Virus record (IMG/VR): IMGVR_UViG_3300032030_002667
Length of the DNA: 20,000 bases
Source of the DNA: an uncultured virus (IMG/VR IMGVR_UViG_3300032030_002667)
Lineage: Duplodnaviria; Heunggongvirae; Uroviricota; Caudoviricetes
Direction: 5' to 3' (one strand)
The notes under the pieces are model-generated. The model saw only the letters and a list, made by a program, of their open reading frames with translations, did not search any database and had not been told where the DNA came from. Made by a program: the position numbers and the translations under genes. Below, in pieces: positions 16,881 through 20,000 of the stretch; the stretch's first letter is position 1; each line of letters starts with the position of its first letter.

Positions 16881-16954
16881 AGCCTCTTGTCGGATTCGAA
16901 CCAACGACCCCGAGATTACAAATCACGTGCTCTGGCCAACTGAGCTAAAGAGGC
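16881..16954 (-). tRNA. tRNA-Thr (anticodon TGT)
   Basis: Reverse complement GCCTCTTTAGCTCAGTTGGCCAGAGCACGTGATTTGTAATCTCGGGGTCGTTGGTTCGAATCCGACAAGAGGCT: acceptor stem, D arm, TGT loop and TTCGAAT T-loop. Confidence 0.97.
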
Positions 16955-16957
16955 GGG

Positions 16958-17055
16958 TGGGAAAGCTTACTATATCGCGCCGCTACGACCTGCTGCCCTT
17001 GCTGCGGTCAAGCCCTGGGGGATTCACAAGGAGCATGCCGTATAGGACTTTCCCA
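16958..17055 (-). ncRNA. ffs: Bacterial small SRP RNA (4.5S)
   Basis: ~98-nt hairpin closed by TGGGAAAG/CTTTCCCA, with helix 8 motif CAGG-GCT-TGAC-CGC-AGCAA. Confidence 0.85.
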
Positions 17056-17069
17056 TGATTTTGCGGGTG

Positions 17070-17100
17070 CAAAGGTACAACTTATAATTCAAAATTCAAA
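17070..17100 (-). promoter_or_regulatory. Bacteroidetes promoter for ffs-tRNA-Thr
   Basis: -7 box TACCTTTG (17070-17077, minus strand) and TTTG (17097-17100) 19 nt upstream. Confidence 0.75.
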
Positions 17101-17117
17101 ATTCAAAATTCAAAATT
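17086..17117 (+). repeat. Heptamer tandem repeat (AATTCAA)x4 + AATT
   Basis: Read directly. Confidence 0.9.
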
Positions 17118-17172
17118 GTTTCTTTAAAGAGTTTTTTTTGCCCTTTATACATTATTTATATTATAAATTTCG

Positions 17173-17180
17173 TACCTTTG
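17173..17180 (+). promoter_or_regulatory. Bacteroidetes -7 box for the host envelope operon
   Basis: TACCTTTG ending 19 nt before ATG 17200. Confidence 0.7.
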
Positions 17181-17199
17181 TCCGCTCATAGAATAATCA

Positions 17200-17748
17200 A
17201 TGGACAAGAAGGTTCCCTCTATAATGGATGCTGCCGGCTGGATGGCTCTGCCGATTGGACTGATGTGGTCGGCAAGCTTCCTCTGTACAATGTACGGAGC
17301 AGAACGTCCCTTACTCTCGATGCTCAGCACGGCTCTGGGCATCATCAGCATCTACACGCTCTACAAGCAGCTGACAAACTACCGCAAGTTCTATCCTTCG
17401 GTCAGTTGGCTCCACGTCCTTCGGCTCTCGTTCGTAACGTGTCTGCTGGCAGGCTTACTGACCGATGCCGTTCAATACCTCTACTTCCTTTATCTCGACA
17501 ATGGGCGTTTGCTCTCGTTGCTCGGTAATGCTTTCCAAAGCGAGGAATATCGCGAAGCATGGAAGCAGATGATGCCCGACGTGAATCTGGACGAAATGCA
17601 GAAGCTGGTGCAGTCCATGACCGTCCGCGACATTATGCTCCAGCTCGTGTTCTACAACGTCTTGCTGGCTTTGCCCGTCTCTCTGATTGCTGCCCTGCCT
17701 GTAAGAGCGCCTCAACCGCCTAATAAAGAAATCAATAATAAATCGTAA
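17200..17748 (+). CDS. DUF4199-like membrane protein
   Basis: Four hydrophobic segments; typical Bacteroidales position upstream of a GT2 gene. Confidence 0.7.
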   Translation: MDKKVPSIMDAAGWMALPIGLMWSASFLCTMYGAERPLLSMLSTALGIISIYTLYKQLTNYRKFYPSVSWLHVLRLSFVTCLLAGLLTDAVQYLYFLYLDNGRLLSLLGNAFQSEEYREAWKQMMPDVNLDEMQKLVQSMTVRDIMLQLVFYNVLLALPVSLIAALPVRAPQPPNKEINNKS

Positions 17749-17758
17749 TCCGACGAAT

Positions 17759-18721
17759 ATGGATATAAGTGTAGTTGTTCCCCTTTATAACGAAGACGAG
17801 TCGTTGCCCGAGCTCTTTAGCTGGATTAAGCGAGTGATGGAAAGTCACGGCTTCAGCTATGAGGTCATCTTCGTTAGCGATGGCAGTACAGACCGCTCTT
17901 GGGAAGTCATCGAAGAGCTCAAGGCAGAGAATCCCGAAACCGTTCACGGCATCAAGTTCCGTCGCAACTACGGCAAGAGCCCTGCCCTATATTGTGGCTT
18001 TGGTGCAGCAAAAGGCGATGTGGTCATCACGATGGATGCCGACCTGCAAGACTCGCCCGACGAGATTCCCGAACTCTACCGCATGATAACGCAGGAAAAG
18101 TACGACCTCGTGAGCGGCTACAAGATGAACCGCAGCAAAGGCGACCCGCTTTCGAAGACTATTCCGACAAAGCTCTTCAACGCTACGGCAAGACAAGTGA
18201 GCGGCATACACAACCTGCACGACTTCAACTGCGGCTTGAAGGCCTACAGGAAAGATGTGGTGAAAAACATTGAGGTCTATGGAGAGATGCATCGCTACAT
18301 TCCTTATCTTGCCAAAAATGCAGGTTTCGACAAGATTGGGGAGAAGCGCGTGCACCATCAGGCTCGCAAGTTCGGCAAATCGAAGTTCATGGGCTTGAAC
18401 CGCTTCGTGAACGGCTATCTCGACCTCCTCTCGCTTTGGTTCCTCAACAACTTCGGACTAAAACCGATGCACGTCTTCGGCTTCATCGGCACCCTGATGT
18501 TCATCATAGGTTTCTTGGCAGTTTGCGTCGTAGGCGGCACGAAGCTCTATTGCCTCGCGAAAGGCATCCCCCACCCGCTCGTTACCCGCAGCCCTTACTT
18601 CTTCATCGCATTGACCATGATGATTCTGGGAACGCAACTTTTCGTAGCAGGTTTCCTCGGAGAACTTATCAGCCGCAACTCCGCCGAACGCAACAACTAT
18701 CAGATTGAGAAGACGATATGA
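17759..18721 (+). CDS. Glycosyltransferase family 2 (polyprenol-phosphate glycosyltransferase, DPM/ArnC/GtrB-like)
   Basis: ISVVVPLYNE, DGSTD, RNYGKS, MDADLQD, HDFNCGLKAY, two C-terminal TM helices. Confidence 0.93.
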   Translation: MDISVVVPLYNEDESLPELFSWIKRVMESHGFSYEVIFVSDGSTDRSWEVIEELKAENPETVHGIKFRRNYGKSPALYCGFGAAKGDVVITMDADLQDSPDEIPELYRMITQEKYDLVSGYKMNRSKGDPLSKTIPTKLFNATARQVSGIHNLHDFNCGLKAYRKDVVKNIEVYGEMHRYIPYLAKNAGFDKIGEKRVHHQARKFGKSKFMGLNRFVNGYLDLLSLWFLNNFGLKPMHVFGFIGTLMFIIGFLAVCVVGGTKLYCLAKGIPHPLVTRSPYFFIALTMMILGTQLFVAGFLGELISRNSAERNNYQIEKTI

Positions 18722-19188
18722 AGCAAAGGCTTCTCTATATAGTTTCAATTGTCTTGCTGCTCGTGGCTTGCGAGTCGTACGATTGCACGCTCTACAATCA
18801 CGTGGGGTGCTATGGCGCGTTCGACAAAAACGGAACGGCAGTGCAAATCGTAGACACGCTTACCATTACATCCGGCAAGAACGGTCCAACTTTGCTCAAC
18901 AGGTCCGTGAATACAGCCAGCCTCAACCTTCCCTTGAGCTACTGGCAAGACGAAGACACGCTTGTATTCACAATCAAAGGCGAAGACTATATCCTTCAGG
19001 ATACCGTATGGATAGCGAAGACCAACCAAGTGCATTACGAGTCGCCTGACTGTCCGACGACTCTCTTCCATGAAATTCAAAGCGTTCGCTCCACTCACGA
19101 ATTCATCAAATCCATTACCGTAACACGCTCCTCGGTAAATTATGAACTCATCAACAACCTGCAAATACATTTGTTCTCTGCTGATTAG
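18718..19188 (+). CDS. Lipoprotein (DUF6452-like)
   Basis: Signal peptide II MKQR...LLLVAC; ATGA overlap with the GT2 gene. Confidence 0.75.
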   Translation: MKQRLLYIVSIVLLLVACESYDCTLYNHVGCYGAFDKNGTAVQIVDTLTITSGKNGPTLLNRSVNTASLNLPLSYWQDEDTLVFTIKGEDYILQDTVWIAKTNQVHYESPDCPTTLFHEIQSVRSTHEFIKSITVTRSSVNYELINNLQIHLFSAD

Positions 19189-19900
19189 CCTGCTTTGCCT
19201 CTCTTTGCAAGCACAGGAACAGCAGCCCCAGCAGACGCAACCTCAGCAGAAAAAGGAAAAAGCGCCTCTGCTGAGCGGCGTTGCGGTGAGTGCTGACCTA
19301 GTTGGCTTTGCCATGAAAGCCGTCGGAGCAAAGTTTGCGAATATGGAAGTGGGAGCACGACTGAACCTCTTCGACAAGTACTTCCCTGTTGCAGAGCTTG
19401 GCATTGGTGATAGTCATAGGGAAGGCGCAGAGACGGGCAACACGTTCTCAACGACCTCGCCTTATATGCGCTTCGGTATCGACTACAATTTTAACAAGAA
19501 GCACAACGGCAACCGCATCTTCGGTCTCGTCCGTTATGGTTTCAGCTCGTTCAAGTACGACATTGGAAACGAAGCCTTCGTTGACCCTTATTATGGCACG
19601 ACCGTTCCTCTAAACATCAACAGCGAGAAAGCTACCGGACATTGGCTGGAGTTCGGTGTTGCAGTCGAGACAAAGCTTTGGAGCTTCATTCGCTTGGGTT
19701 GGAGCTTGCGCTATAAGTTCCGCCTTGCCCTCAGTCATCCCGACGGCGGAGAGCCCTACTTCATTCCGGGCTTTGGCAAGAACGACAGCAACTGCTTTGG
19801 CGGAACAGTGAATGTTATCTTCGACGTCGGGCAAAACATCATTAAGAAGAAGAAAAAGCAAGAGGATCTGACAAGCAAGATATTGGAGGACAAGCAATGA
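19142..19900 (+). CDS. Outer-membrane beta-barrel-like protein (DUF6048-like)
   Basis: Signal peptide ending SLQA, alternating aromatic beta strands, YFIPGFG motif. Confidence 0.72.
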   Translation: MNSSTTCKYICSLLISLLCLSLQAQEQQPQQTQPQQKKEKAPLLSGVAVSADLVGFAMKAVGAKFANMEVGARLNLFDKYFPVAELGIGDSHREGAETGNTFSTTSPYMRFGIDYNFNKKHNGNRIFGLVRYGFSSFKYDIGNEAFVDPYYGTTVPLNINSEKATGHWLEFGVAVETKLWSFIRLGWSLRYKFRLALSHPDGGEPYFIPGFGKNDSNCFGGTVNVIFDVGQNIIKKKKKQEDLTSKILEDKQ

Positions 19901-20000
19901 AACAACGCAGTTTATTTATAGCTCTTCTTGCTGTTGTCGCCATTCTATGCCTGCTCTTCCTTGGACGGCAGAACAGCAAAGAGGGTACAAGATATCAGCA
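19897..20000 (+). CDS. Partial CDS with N-terminal membrane anchor (truncated by window; possibly ApbE-like)
   Basis: ATGA overlap; MKQRSLFIALLAVVAILCLLFLGRQNSKEGTRYQ is open to the window end. The product guess is weak. Confidence 0.5.
   Translation, partial: MKQRSLFIALLAVVAILCLLFLGRQNSKEGTRYQ

Larger units (their letters stand above)
1..16900. mobile_element. Integrated tailed-prophage-like element (right portion; left end lies outside the window), inserted at the 3' end of tRNA-Thr
   Basis: Tape measure, tail, endolysin and holin-like genes, followed by a tyrosine integrase starting ~295 bp from the tRNA 3' end. Host housekeeping genes lie beyond the tRNA. The exact att core cannot be defined without the other end. 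Confidence 0.88.

Overview
Bacteroidales (Prevotella-like) DNA, judged from the TAnnTTTG -7 promoter boxes and gene content. Bases 1 to ~16,880 are one end of a tailed-prophage-like element integrated at the 3' end of tRNA-Thr(TGT). The element carries an ArdC-like antirestriction gene behind a ~200-nt imperfect hairpin, several probable virion genes, a holin candidate, a beta-roll fibre protein and an amidase endolysin fused in frame to a lipoprotein with a C-terminal TM helix (u-spanin-like). It also carries an AT-rich receiver + soluble histidine kinase cassette, a tape measure protein, a tail protein and a tyrosine integrase with arm-site-like repeats. Three element genes share an unusual promoter, TGTCTTT-N21-T(A/T)nnTTTG, each directly downstream of a cargo locus. 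Host DNA follows: tRNA-Thr, SRP RNA and an envelope operon (DUF4199-like, GT2, lipoprotein, beta-barrel protein). All family calls come from motif recognition by eye; no searches were run.
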